Origin: an uncultured Bacteroidales bacterium
GTDB lineage: Bacteria > Bacteroidota > Bacteroidia > Bacteroidales > P3
DNA length: 36,364 nucleotides
Assembly: GCA_947177845.1 (NCBI GenBank)
Contig: CAMWVZ010000001.1
Span: 1-36,364, forward strand
Direction: 5' to 3'
In this document: in pieces, positions 9,584 through 17,355 of the stretch
How positions within the stretch are numbered: position 1 is the first letter of the stretch
How the letters are laid out: every line of letters starts with the position of its first letter
Program-made: the position numbers and the translations under genes
The notes under the pieces: model-generated
What the model saw: only the letters and a program-made list of their open reading frames with translations
Database searches by the model: none
What the model was told of the DNA's origin: nothing

Positions 9584-10207
9584 ATGCCCGGCAAGGAAAG
9601 AATCATATTGGGTATAGACCCCGGAACCCGCATCATGGGCTACGGTATCATCAAGGCCGAAGGGCAGAAATTCTCCTTTGTCGATATGGGGGTGGTGAAT
9701 ATGACGCAGGAAGCCGACCCTCTGTTGCGTTTGGAAAGGATACAGCAGGAAGTGACCCGCATTGTGCAGACCTATCATCCTGATTGTCTTTCTATTGAAA
9801 CTCCTTTTTACGGAAAGAACGTACAGTCGCTCATTAAGTTGGGAAGAGCGCAGGGCGTGGCGATAGCTACAGGTATGACACTTGGGGTGAAAGTGTTTGA
9901 GTATGCGCCTCTCAAGATAAAGCAATCTCTCACGGGCAAGGGCTCCGCCTCGAAGGAACAGGTATGCGCCATGGTGTTCCGCCTGTTGGGTTTGCACATG
10001 GAACAGCCCAAATACCTGGATGCCACCGATGCCATGGCCGCCGCTATCTGCCACGGCATTCACTGCCGCCTCGACGACCTGAAACAAACGACCCGGATGC
10101 TTTCCACACCCGGGTCGTCTGCAAAGTCCGTAAAGTCCACGAAAGTAAAGTCGAAAAAAACGAATTGGGCGGAATTTCTCGCCCAGCATCCCAACCGCAT
10201 CGTGTAG
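9584..10207 (+). CDS. ruvC: Crossover junction endodeoxyribonuclease RuvC
   Basis: It has ILGIDPGTRIMGYGII, IETPFYGKNVQS, RAQGVA and DATDAMAAAICH. A basic C-terminal tail is present. Confidence 0.9.
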   Translation: MPGKERIILGIDPGTRIMGYGIIKAEGQKFSFVDMGVVNMTQEADPLLRLERIQQEVTRIVQTYHPDCLSIETPFYGKNVQSLIKLGRAQGVAIATGMTLGVKVFEYAPLKIKQSLTGKGSASKEQVCAMVFRLLGLHMEQPKYLDATDAMAAAICHGIHCRLDDLKQTTRMLSTPGSSAKSVKSTKVKSKKTNWAEFLAQHPNRIV

Positions 10208-10220
10208 CGGTGTCCCTGTC

Positions 10221-10622
10221 CTACAATTTCCGGAACTCGGCGAAAACCGCGTCGGCCAAGGCTTTCATCTCCTCTTCGGGAAGATGCAGTTTCTCTTTGC
10301 CGAAATCAATGTCAGCCACCCCGTGAATGGGCACCAAGTGGATATGCGCATGGGGCACGTCCAAACCAATCACCGACATACCGATCTTAGGAGCGGGACA
10401 TACCTTAATCAAGGCCTTCGCCACCTTTTTGGCAAAACTCATCAATTCGCCCAACTCATTGTCGGGCAAATCGAAAATATAGTCCGTTTCCTTCTTGGGA
10501 ATCACCAGCACATGCCCTTTCGCCACGGGGGCTATATCCAAGAAAGCCAAATGTTTGCTGTCTTCGGCCACCTTGTAGCAAGGAATCTCGCCGGCCACGA
10601 TTTTAGAAAATATACTACCCAT
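10221..10622 (-). CDS. HIT (histidine triad) family nucleotide hydrolase
   Basis: It has IFSKIVAGEIPCYKV, LDIAPVAKGHVLVIPK and the triad HAHIHLVP. Confidence 0.88.
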   Translation of the reverse strand: MGSIFSKIVAGEIPCYKVAEDSKHLAFLDIAPVAKGHVLVIPKKETDYIFDLPDNELGELMSFAKKVAKALIKVCPAPKIGMSVIGLDVPHAHIHLVPIHGVADIDFGKEKLHLPEEEMKALADAVFAEFRKL

Positions 10623-10623
10623 T

Positions 10624-11097
10624 TCAGCGTGTTATTTCAACGATTTCAAAAGGAATGACACCCACCGGCACCGTCACGTCCACCACATCCCCCACCTTTT
10701 TGCCCAACAAGGCCGTGGCGATAGGCGAACTCACCGAAATCTTGCCTGCCTTGAGGTCGGCTTCGTTCTCGGGCACAATGGTGTAGCGCATTTTGGTGTT
10801 GTTCTTGCGGTTCTTGATAGTTACCACCGAAAGCAACAATACTTTCGACGTATCCATCTTCGATTCGTCCAAAATGCGGGCGTTGGCCAACTCGGCCTGC
10901 AACTTGGAAATCTTAAGTTCACACAGTCCCTGCGCCTCTTTGGCCGCATCGTATTCGGCGTTCTCCGAAAGGTCGCCCTTGTCGCGTGCCTCGGCGATTT
11001 GCTGCGAGATTTTGGGTCTTTCTACCTTGGTAAGGTGTTCCAATTCATCCTTAAGTTTTTGCAAACCTTCCTTGCTGTAGTACTTGATCTCTCCCAT
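10624..11097 (-). CDS. greA: Transcription elongation factor GreA
   Basis: It has an N-terminal coiled coil (AEARDKGDLSENAEYDAAKEAQ) and a C-terminal FKBP-like domain (ISVSSPIATALLGKKVGD). The track start at 11103 is TTG, and the first ATG is at 11097. Confidence 0.92.
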   Translation of the reverse strand: MGEIKYYSKEGLQKLKDELEHLTKVERPKISQQIAEARDKGDLSENAEYDAAKEAQGLCELKISKLQAELANARILDESKMDTSKVLLLSVVTIKNRKNNTKMRYTIVPENEADLKAGKISVSSPIATALLGKKVGDVVDVTVPVGVIPFEIVEITR

Positions 11098-11127
11098 AAT
11101 CAAAATTATAATACCCTATGGCATAAT

Positions 11128-11154
11128 AAACAAAAAGACCCTCGCGGAAGGGTC
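11128..11154 (-). terminator. Hairpin plus U-tract inside the greA 5' leader (candidate attenuator, GraL-like)
   Basis: The minus strand reads GACCCT-TCCGCG-AGGGTC followed by TTTTTGTTTATTAT. It lies between the candidate greA promoter box (11191-11198) and the ATG (11097). No T-run follows the hairpin on the plus strand. Confidence 0.4.
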
Positions 11155-11190
11155 GTCGTGCACATTACACCGATAGGGCGAACTTTTCGG

Positions 11191-11198
11191 CAAAGATA
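11191..11198 (-). promoter_or_regulatory. Candidate -7 promoter box (TATCTTTG on the minus strand) for greA
   Basis: Plus-strand caaagata equals minus-strand TATCTTTG and matches TAnnTTTG. It lies about 94 nt upstream of the greA ATG. Confidence 0.4.
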
Positions 11199-11210
11199 GC
11201 ATTTTTTTTC

Positions 11211-11218
11211 TAACTTTG
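11211..11218 (+). promoter_or_regulatory. Candidate -7 promoter box (TAACTTTG) for the lipoprotein-hypothetical-porPKLMN unit
   Basis: It matches TAnnTTTG, lies 27 nt upstream of the ATG at 11246, and is preceded by a T8 tract (11202-11209). Confidence 0.45.
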
Positions 11219-11245
11219 CTTTCCACTTATCCTTATTCCATTTTT

Positions 11246-11686
11246 ATGCGCAACACGGTAGCTCTTCTCATAGGTATGCTGACGGCGGGTTTATGCCTGT
11301 GTCTGTGCGGTTGCAATCACAGTATCAGCAACGGCAACATTCCCGAACGGAGCGTTAACTTCACCGTTCATCCCTACGACTTGGACAACACCCTGATGAC
11401 CGTGGGCGGGGTCAAATACTTTAACTACGGATACAGCGGGGTCTGCGTGTATCATATCGGCGACATGGAAGAGGAATACGTAGCGTTCGAGCAGGCCTGC
11501 CCCTTGGATTGGGAATCGGGTTGCCACGTGCAGTACGACAAGGCAAAAGACCGTTTTGTGGGAAAGGATTGCGGCGGTGAGTTCAGCAGTTACAGCGGAT
11601 TCGGATATAACAAGGTGTCCCGTTTCGCGTTGCGAAAGTATCACATCACCTATTTAAACAACGGCACATTCCAAGTTTCCAACTGA
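11246..11686 (+). CDS. Uncharacterised lipoprotein (146 aa), possibly a degenerate Rieske-like fold
   Basis: The signal peptide has a lipobox-like end (MRNTVALLIGMLTAGLCLCLCGC/NHS). The pattern ACPLDWESGCHV...FVGKDCGGEFSSYSG resembles the Rieske box spacing without the His ligands. The track start at 11216 is TTG, and the first ATG is at 11246. Confidence 0.6.
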   Translation: MRNTVALLIGMLTAGLCLCLCGCNHSISNGNIPERSVNFTVHPYDLDNTLMTVGGVKYFNYGYSGVCVYHIGDMEEEYVAFEQACPLDWESGCHVQYDKAKDRFVGKDCGGEFSSYSGFGYNKVSRFALRKYHITYLNNGTFQVSN

Positions 11687-11714
11687 AAAACATCTATTTT
11701 TAAACGAAATAGCC

Positions 11715-12452
11715 ATGAAAACAAAACTTTCTTTCCTGCTTCTTCTCGCCCTTCTGTGCTCTTTTTCCGCACAAGGACAGAAAAAAATCACGATAGGTGA
11801 TTTAAGCAAAGCCCAACAGGACAGCATTATCTTTGCTTTCCCCCAAGCCACCGAAGGCACCCTTTATTATAAGGACGGTTCCATTGCCAAATCTCGGTTC
11901 AATTACAACTACTACGAACCCCAGCTTTTGTTCTGGAACGACAAGCCCGAATTTCCCGAAGACACCCTCCGTCGTTTGAACGACCTGTCCAACATCGTGG
12001 TGGCGGAAATCGGCGACCGCACCTTCGTACCGGCCCTCTCCGGTTTGGGCGAGCTGATTTTAAACAACCGTATCAGCCTTATTTCGTGCAAGAAAGTAAA
12101 CATTTCGGAGAAGAAAACGGGGGCATACGGCACCGGCGGCTCCACCGCATCCATCCGCAACGTATCTTCGTTCAACAGCAACGGCACCACCGGCAGCGAA
12201 ACCTATACGGGACAGACCACCGCCAGCGTGGTTCGATATGAATTCTCGAGCAATTCCGAACTTTCGGTGGCCTACACCCTCTTTCTGATGAAAGACGGAA
12301 AGACCTACCCGCTCACCAAGAAAAACCTGCTTAAACTTTTCCCCAAGGCGGCCGGCTTCATTTCACAATATCTCGAAGAGCAAAAACCCGATTTGGACAG
12401 TCCTCAGGACATGCTCAACCTTGTGAATTTGGCCAACGCCAACGAAAAGTAA
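11715..12452 (+). CDS. Uncharacterised secreted protein (245 aa)
   Basis: It has a clean type I signal peptide (MKTKLSFLLLLALLCSFSAQGQ) and a central Gly/Ser/Thr-rich segment (GAYGTGGSTASIRNVSSFNSNGTTGSETYTGQTTAS). I recognise no family motif. Codon usage is like the neighbouring genes. Confidence 0.6.
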   Translation: MKTKLSFLLLLALLCSFSAQGQKKITIGDLSKAQQDSIIFAFPQATEGTLYYKDGSIAKSRFNYNYYEPQLLFWNDKPEFPEDTLRRLNDLSNIVVAEIGDRTFVPALSGLGELILNNRISLISCKKVNISEKKTGAYGTGGSTASIRNVSSFNSNGTTGSETYTGQTTASVVRYEFSSNSELSVAYTLFLMKDGKTYPLTKKNLLKLFPKAAGFISQYLEEQKPDLDSPQDMLNLVNLANANEK

Positions 12453-12537
12453 AAAAAAATGGTTATCTTCGCGGCTTGAAGCCGGAGTGTAACCTCGGTT
12501 TCGACCACCCAAAACAAGGAGGAACCGCTTAGCCGTT

Positions 12538-13521
12538 ATGCCTACAAAACACTTGAATAGCAAAAAGTTATCTTTTTGTGGAGTTGTGGCGCTTTGGTGT
12601 CTCATGGCGGGCTTGTGTCCGCTTTCGGCACAGCAGGAGGGAAACCAGATTACGCAATATATGTTCAACACATATGCGTATAATGCTGGTTTCGCCGGTA
12701 TGTCGAACGGAATCAATGCTTCGCTGTTGCATCGGCAGCAATGGACGGGCTGGGGCAAGGGCACGGAGGAAAAGAATATCGCCCCCAACAGCACGGTTTT
12801 GTTGGTCGATATGCCGATAAACGCCATAAAAGGCGGGGCGGGCGTGGAGTTGGCCTCCTATAATGCCGGTTATTTTCGCGACATATACGTGAAACTCGGC
12901 TACACCTACCATTTGCAGACGGGGTTCGGCCTGATCGGATTGGGGGTACGGGCGCAGATAGAAAGTGCGGGGTTGGACTTCACCAAATTCAAGCCCGAAA
13001 ACGCTTCCGACCGCATCCTCACCGGAAAGCAATCGGAAAGCGCGCTTTACGGAGATGTAGGTATCGGCTTTTATTTGATTGGAAACGAAAACTATTCGGT
13101 GGGAATCGGGCTCAACAACCTCATTTCGCACCGGAGTTCGAAGATAACGTATCGTCCCAGCCGGACGGTAGCGGTACACGGGAGCTACACGGTTTCCTTC
13201 CCCTCGCTCCCCAAGGTTGAGTTTACCCCCTCGACCTATTTGGAAACCGACTTCCACGTGGTGAATTGGATGATAAACATCACCGGCACCTTTAACAAAC
13301 GTTTTTGGGCCGGTTTGGGTTATCGTCTGAGGGATGCGGTTTGCATCAATGGCGGTATCAACATCGGCAAGTTGCAAATCGGCGCAGCCTACGACATCAC
13401 GGCCTCGCGCATGATACGCGGCTCCAAGATAGGGGGGGGATTCGAAGTGATGGTACGCTATTGCTTCGGATTGGAGAGCGAAAAAGTTAACACGGATTAC
13501 AAGAATGCCCGATACTTGTAA
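12538..13521 (+). CDS. porP: PorP/SprF-family type IX secretion system outer-membrane protein
   Basis: A signal peptide is followed by the family hallmark QYMFNTYAYNAGFAG. Alternating beta-strand patterns run throughout. Its position immediately upstream of porK matches P. gingivalis. Confidence 0.85.
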   Translation: MPTKHLNSKKLSFCGVVALWCLMAGLCPLSAQQEGNQITQYMFNTYAYNAGFAGMSNGINASLLHRQQWTGWGKGTEEKNIAPNSTVLLVDMPINAIKGGAGVELASYNAGYFRDIYVKLGYTYHLQTGFGLIGLGVRAQIESAGLDFTKFKPENASDRILTGKQSESALYGDVGIGFYLIGNENYSVGIGLNNLISHRSSKITYRPSRTVAVHGSYTVSFPSLPKVEFTPSTYLETDFHVVNWMINITGTFNKRFWAGLGYRLRDAVCINGGINIGKLQIGAAYDITASRMIRGSKIGGGFEVMVRYCFGLESEKVNTDYKNARYL

Positions 13522-13561
13522 GAGTAGCGGGTTGTTGGCGTTAAATAATAACTATTATACA

Positions 13562-14932
13562 ATGAAAAGAGTAGCAAGTCTGTTGGATGTGCGAAATTTA
13601 ACGGCGACGGCTTTTGCCGCCATTCTCCTGTGGAGTTGCAGCAACTCCGGAAACGGGGAGTTGGTGGGCTCGCAGAACCGTCAGAAAATGGGACCCCAAG
13701 TTCCTTTCGGAATGGTTTATGTTCCGGGGGGAAGTTTCGTTTTGGGTGCAGGCGGGTTCGACCCCTCCTATCAAATCCTCAATATGAGGACCGTGTCCAT
13801 GAGCGACTTCTTCATGGATGAAACCGAAATCACCAACAACGAATACCGTCAGTTTGTGGATTATGTGAGAGAATATCATATCCGCAAGGCTTTGGCCGAA
13901 AACGGTATCGAGGGTTTCCAGATAGAATCGGAGGAAGAGGACGGTGAACCGCAGATTAACTGGAACACCAAACTCAACAAATGGACGCCCGAAATGGTGG
14001 AGGCCGTGGCCGACCTCTATCTGCCCGAGGAAGAACGCTTTGCTCACCGCAAAGAGTTTGATGTAAGAAAGTTGAACTACGAATATTGGTCTTACGACTA
14101 CAAGGGCGCCGCACAGAAAAGCTGGGGCGGAGAAATGCCCGACGACGGCGTTTACTACGGTTCTTTCGTGAACCGTCCGCAGTCGATGCGCTCGCGTCAG
14201 CAGTTTCTGCAGAAACATGTCGTGAACGTTTATCCCGACACGCTCTGCTGGATTTTCGACTGGTCGTATTCCTACAACGACCCCATGGTGGCCGGCTATT
14301 TCAACAGCCCGCTCTACGACAACTATCCCGTGGTGGGCGTGAACTGGAAACAAGCCGAAGCTTTCTGCAAATGGAGAAGCGAACGCTACAACAGCTATCT
14401 CGAATCGAAAGGCTATCCCACCGTGCAGGAATTCAAACTGCCCACCGAAGCCCAATGGGAATATGCGGCCCGTGGCGGACTGGAAGCCAGCCCGTATCCT
14501 TGGGGCGGTAACTATGCCCGCAACATCAACGGCTGTCTTTTGGGCAACTTCAAGCCCGGCCGCGGTGACTATGCCGCCGACGGTTCGCTCTATCCCTGCA
14601 TCGTGGGTCACTACGCTCCCAACGATTTCGGTTTGTACGATATGATGGGCAATGTGGCCGAATGGTGCTTGGATGCCTACGACGAAAGTATCGCCAACAA
14701 CCTCGACTTCAACCCGGCTTTCCTCTACGATGCCAAGCCCGACGACGGAATCGGTCTGAAGCGTAAGGTTATCCGCGGCGGTTCGTTCAAGGATTTCGCC
14801 GATATCTGCAAGGTTTACTACCGTACTTTCGAATATCAGGACACCTGCAAGTCGTATGTGGGTTTCCGTTGCGTGCAGCCTCTCTTGGGAAGCGGCATCA
14901 TGCAAAGCGGCAGTGGTTCTAATGTATATTAA
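13562..14932 (+). CDS. porK: T9SS ring lipoprotein PorK/GldK (formylglycine-generating-enzyme-like fold)
   Basis: It has a lipobox (ILLWSC) and GMVYVPGGSFVLG, VVGVNWKQAEAFCKWRS, LPTEAQWEYAARGG, GNVAEWCLDAY and RGGSF. The track start at 13505 overlaps porP, and the in-frame ATG at 13562 precedes the signal peptide. Confidence 0.9.
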   Translation: MKRVASLLDVRNLTATAFAAILLWSCSNSGNGELVGSQNRQKMGPQVPFGMVYVPGGSFVLGAGGFDPSYQILNMRTVSMSDFFMDETEITNNEYRQFVDYVREYHIRKALAENGIEGFQIESEEEDGEPQINWNTKLNKWTPEMVEAVADLYLPEEERFAHRKEFDVRKLNYEYWSYDYKGAAQKSWGGEMPDDGVYYGSFVNRPQSMRSRQQFLQKHVVNVYPDTLCWIFDWSYSYNDPMVAGYFNSPLYDNYPVVGVNWKQAEAFCKWRSERYNSYLESKGYPTVQEFKLPTEAQWEYAARGGLEASPYPWGGNYARNINGCLLGNFKPGRGDYAADGSLYPCIVGHYAPNDFGLYDMMGNVAEWCLDAYDESIANNLDFNPAFLYDAKPDDGIGLKRKVIRGGSFKDFADICKVYYRTFEYQDTCKSYVGFRCVQPLLGSGIMQSGSGSNVY

Positions 14933-14954
14933 TAATATTTTTTGATTTTTTGAT

Positions 14955-15737
14955 ATGTCTTCTTCAACAAAGTTGCATTTTACAGAGAAGCCCGGTTACA
15001 AACGCTTCATGGGCTATTTGTATGGCTGGGGTGCGAGTATCGTAATTGTCGGCGCCCTGTTCAAGATTAACCACTATCCCGGCGCCGGCCTTATGCTTAT
15101 TGTCGGTATGAGTATCGAAGCCATTATCTTCGTGTTCTCGGCATTCGACAAACCGCATCCCGATCCCCAATGGGACCGTGTTTATCCTGCCTTGAGGAAT
15201 AAACCCGACGGTACGCCTCTTTATGAAGACGGACAAGCACCTCTCTACTCATGTTCCTCTACCACGGCCGTGGGCGCGGGAGGTGGAAGCAGTCTGGACG
15301 CCGAAAGCAAACAGATGCTCTCGGAAAAGATTGACGAAATGCTCAAGAAAGCCGAAGTTTCGCCCGAAATCTTCGAACGTCTGAGCAACGGTATCGAAAA
15401 ACTCACGCAGACCACGCAGAGCCTTGGTCAATTGCCCGATATGGCGACGGTGAACAAGGACTACGCCACGCAGATGAGCCAAGTGACGGAACAGATGACC
15501 GCCCTCAGCGACTTCTACAAAATGCAGGTGCAGGCCACGCAATCGCAGGTGGAAGTGAATGCCAAACTGCAACAGGATATCGCCAAGATGATGGAAACCA
15601 TGAGCGGTTCGTTGGAAAGCTCGATGAAATTCCGTCAGGAAATCGACGATTTGTCGAGCAAGGTGGCGGCCCTCAACAAAGTGTACGGACAGATGCTTTC
15701 GGCCATGCAGAATCCGCAGGCCGCGGCGCGTGCCTAA
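14955..15737 (+). CDS. porL: T9SS motor protein PorL/GldL
   Basis: It has two N-terminal TM helices (YGWGASIVIVGALF and LMLIVGMSIEAIIFVFSAF, with an intramembrane Glu). A coiled-coil-rich cytoplasmic C-terminus follows. Its position is between porK and porM. Confidence 0.88.
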   Translation: MSSSTKLHFTEKPGYKRFMGYLYGWGASIVIVGALFKINHYPGAGLMLIVGMSIEAIIFVFSAFDKPHPDPQWDRVYPALRNKPDGTPLYEDGQAPLYSCSSTTAVGAGGGSSLDAESKQMLSEKIDEMLKKAEVSPEIFERLSNGIEKLTQTTQSLGQLPDMATVNKDYATQMSQVTEQMTALSDFYKMQVQATQSQVEVNAKLQQDIAKMMETMSGSLESSMKFRQEIDDLSSKVAALNKVYGQMLSAMQNPQAAARA

Positions 15738-15755
15738 CCTCAAAAACATCCGACA

Positions 15756-17324
15756 ATGAGTGGAGGAGCAAAAGAAACCCCAAGGCAAAAAATGATCGGG
15801 ATGATGTACCTCGTGTACACCGCCCTATTGGCACTGAACGTGTCTGCCGAGGTACTCAAGTCGTTTGTTACGGTGAACGAGGCCCTGGAAATCACCAACG
15901 AAAACTATCGCAAAAAGACCGAGTTCACCTACAATACTTTCCAAAAGGCTTTCTTTGCCAATGAAGCGAAAGTGGGTGACAAGTGGAACAAGGCGGTGGA
16001 AGTGAGGGAGAAGTCTAACGAAATGTACGACTTCCTTCAGCAGACCAAATGGGAATTGATAGCCGCGAGCGAGGGTATTCCCTTGGAAGAGGCCAAGGTT
16101 CTCAATCCGCGCGACATTGCCAAGCAAGACAACTACGACGACCCTACCCGTTTCTTTGTGGGCGTGGATGAATCCGCACACAATGGCAAGGGGTATGAAA
16201 TGCAACAGAAACTGAACGAATACAGGGAATTCCTCATCCAAATCTTAGGCAAGGATGCCGACGAGGTGAACTTGGATGCCCTTCAGACCGACGGCGACTA
16301 CAAGAACGCGAGCGGGCAACCGGTGGATTGGGTGTATTACAACTTCTACCACGCCATTATCGTGGCCGACTTGGCTCTCTTGAACAGGGTACAGGCCTCG
16401 GTGCTCAATGCCGAATATGATGTGGTTGCCAAATTGTATTCGTCGGTGAGCGAAGACGACTTCAAGTTCGACACTATCTCGGCACGTGTGGTTCCCGTAT
16501 CGAACAACGTGCTGTTGGGAACGCCTTTCGAAGCCGACATCTTCGTGGCCGCCTTCGATTCCAAGTCGAAGATTTCGGCCACTATCAACGGACAGACCTA
16601 CACGGGCGAGGGCGGTAGCATCCATTATAAGGTGCCCACCAACTCCTTGGGCGACAGAAAGGTATCGGGAACCATCGAAATCCCCGGAACTTTCGGCGTA
16701 AAGTCTTATCCGTTTGACTTTTCGTATTCCGTGGGGCAGGCATCGGCTTCGGTGGCCGCCACCAAGATGAACGTATTTTACGTGGGTGTGGACAATCCTG
16801 TCGCGGCTTTGGGCGGCGGGGTGGCTGAACGCTATACCGATGTGACCATATCGAACGGTACCATCACCAAGACCGGCCCCGGTCTGTATAACGTGAGAGT
16901 GACCACGCCGGGACAGAACGCCGTGATTTCGGTATATTCGACCGAGGGCGGAAAACGTACCCTCATGGGCGAATACACGTTCCGCGTGAAACGTGTGCCG
17001 AATCCCGAAGCCCGTATCAATGGTCAGGAAGTGGGTGTGAAGCAAATCGACAAGAACACGCTCGCCAATGCGGGCGGTCTGTTGGTGGCGATGAAGGACT
17101 TTGACTTTGAGTTGAACTTGCAGATTTCTTCGTTCAATGTACAGGTGTCGCGCAAGCAGGAACTTTCGGCTTCGATGCCCTCGAACGGAAACAAGTTCAG
17201 CCCGACGATGATAGAAAACTTCAAGCGTTGCAGCCGTGGCGACAAAGTGTTCATCACCGACATCACGGCCAAGATGCCCGACGGCAACCGCCTCTTGGGT
17301 GATATGATTTTAACGATTAAATAA
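15756..17324 (+). CDS. porM: T9SS motor/periplasmic shaft protein PorM/GldM
   Basis: It has a conserved N-terminus (ETPRQKMIGMMYLVYTALLALNVS) with a single TM helix. A long periplasmic region with Ig-like repeats follows. Size (522 aa) and gene order fit. Confidence 0.9.
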   Translation: MSGGAKETPRQKMIGMMYLVYTALLALNVSAEVLKSFVTVNEALEITNENYRKKTEFTYNTFQKAFFANEAKVGDKWNKAVEVREKSNEMYDFLQQTKWELIAASEGIPLEEAKVLNPRDIAKQDNYDDPTRFFVGVDESAHNGKGYEMQQKLNEYREFLIQILGKDADEVNLDALQTDGDYKNASGQPVDWVYYNFYHAIIVADLALLNRVQASVLNAEYDVVAKLYSSVSEDDFKFDTISARVVPVSNNVLLGTPFEADIFVAAFDSKSKISATINGQTYTGEGGSIHYKVPTNSLGDRKVSGTIEIPGTFGVKSYPFDFSYSVGQASASVAATKMNVFYVGVDNPVAALGGGVAERYTDVTISNGTITKTGPGLYNVRVTTPGQNAVISVYSTEGGKRTLMGEYTFRVKRVPNPEARINGQEVGVKQIDKNTLANAGGLLVAMKDFDFELNLQISSFNVQVSRKQELSASMPSNGNKFSPTMIENFKRCSRGDKVFITDITAKMPDGNRLLGDMILTIK

Positions 17325-17355
17325 AGGAGCCTCAAAAGGCTAAAAATAGAAACGT

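Noticed and set aside
12461-12522. A nested stem-loop (GGTTA...CGGCTT-g-AAGCCG...TAACC) and an AGGAGG sequence in the gap before porP, considered as a possible terminator, riboswitch or SD element.
   Set aside because: The inner loop is too small for the full stem. No T-run follows, so it is not a terminator. AGGAGG lies about 15 nt from the ATG, which is too far for an SD, and Bacteroidota rarely use one. The 85-nt region is too short and unremarkable to call an RNA element.
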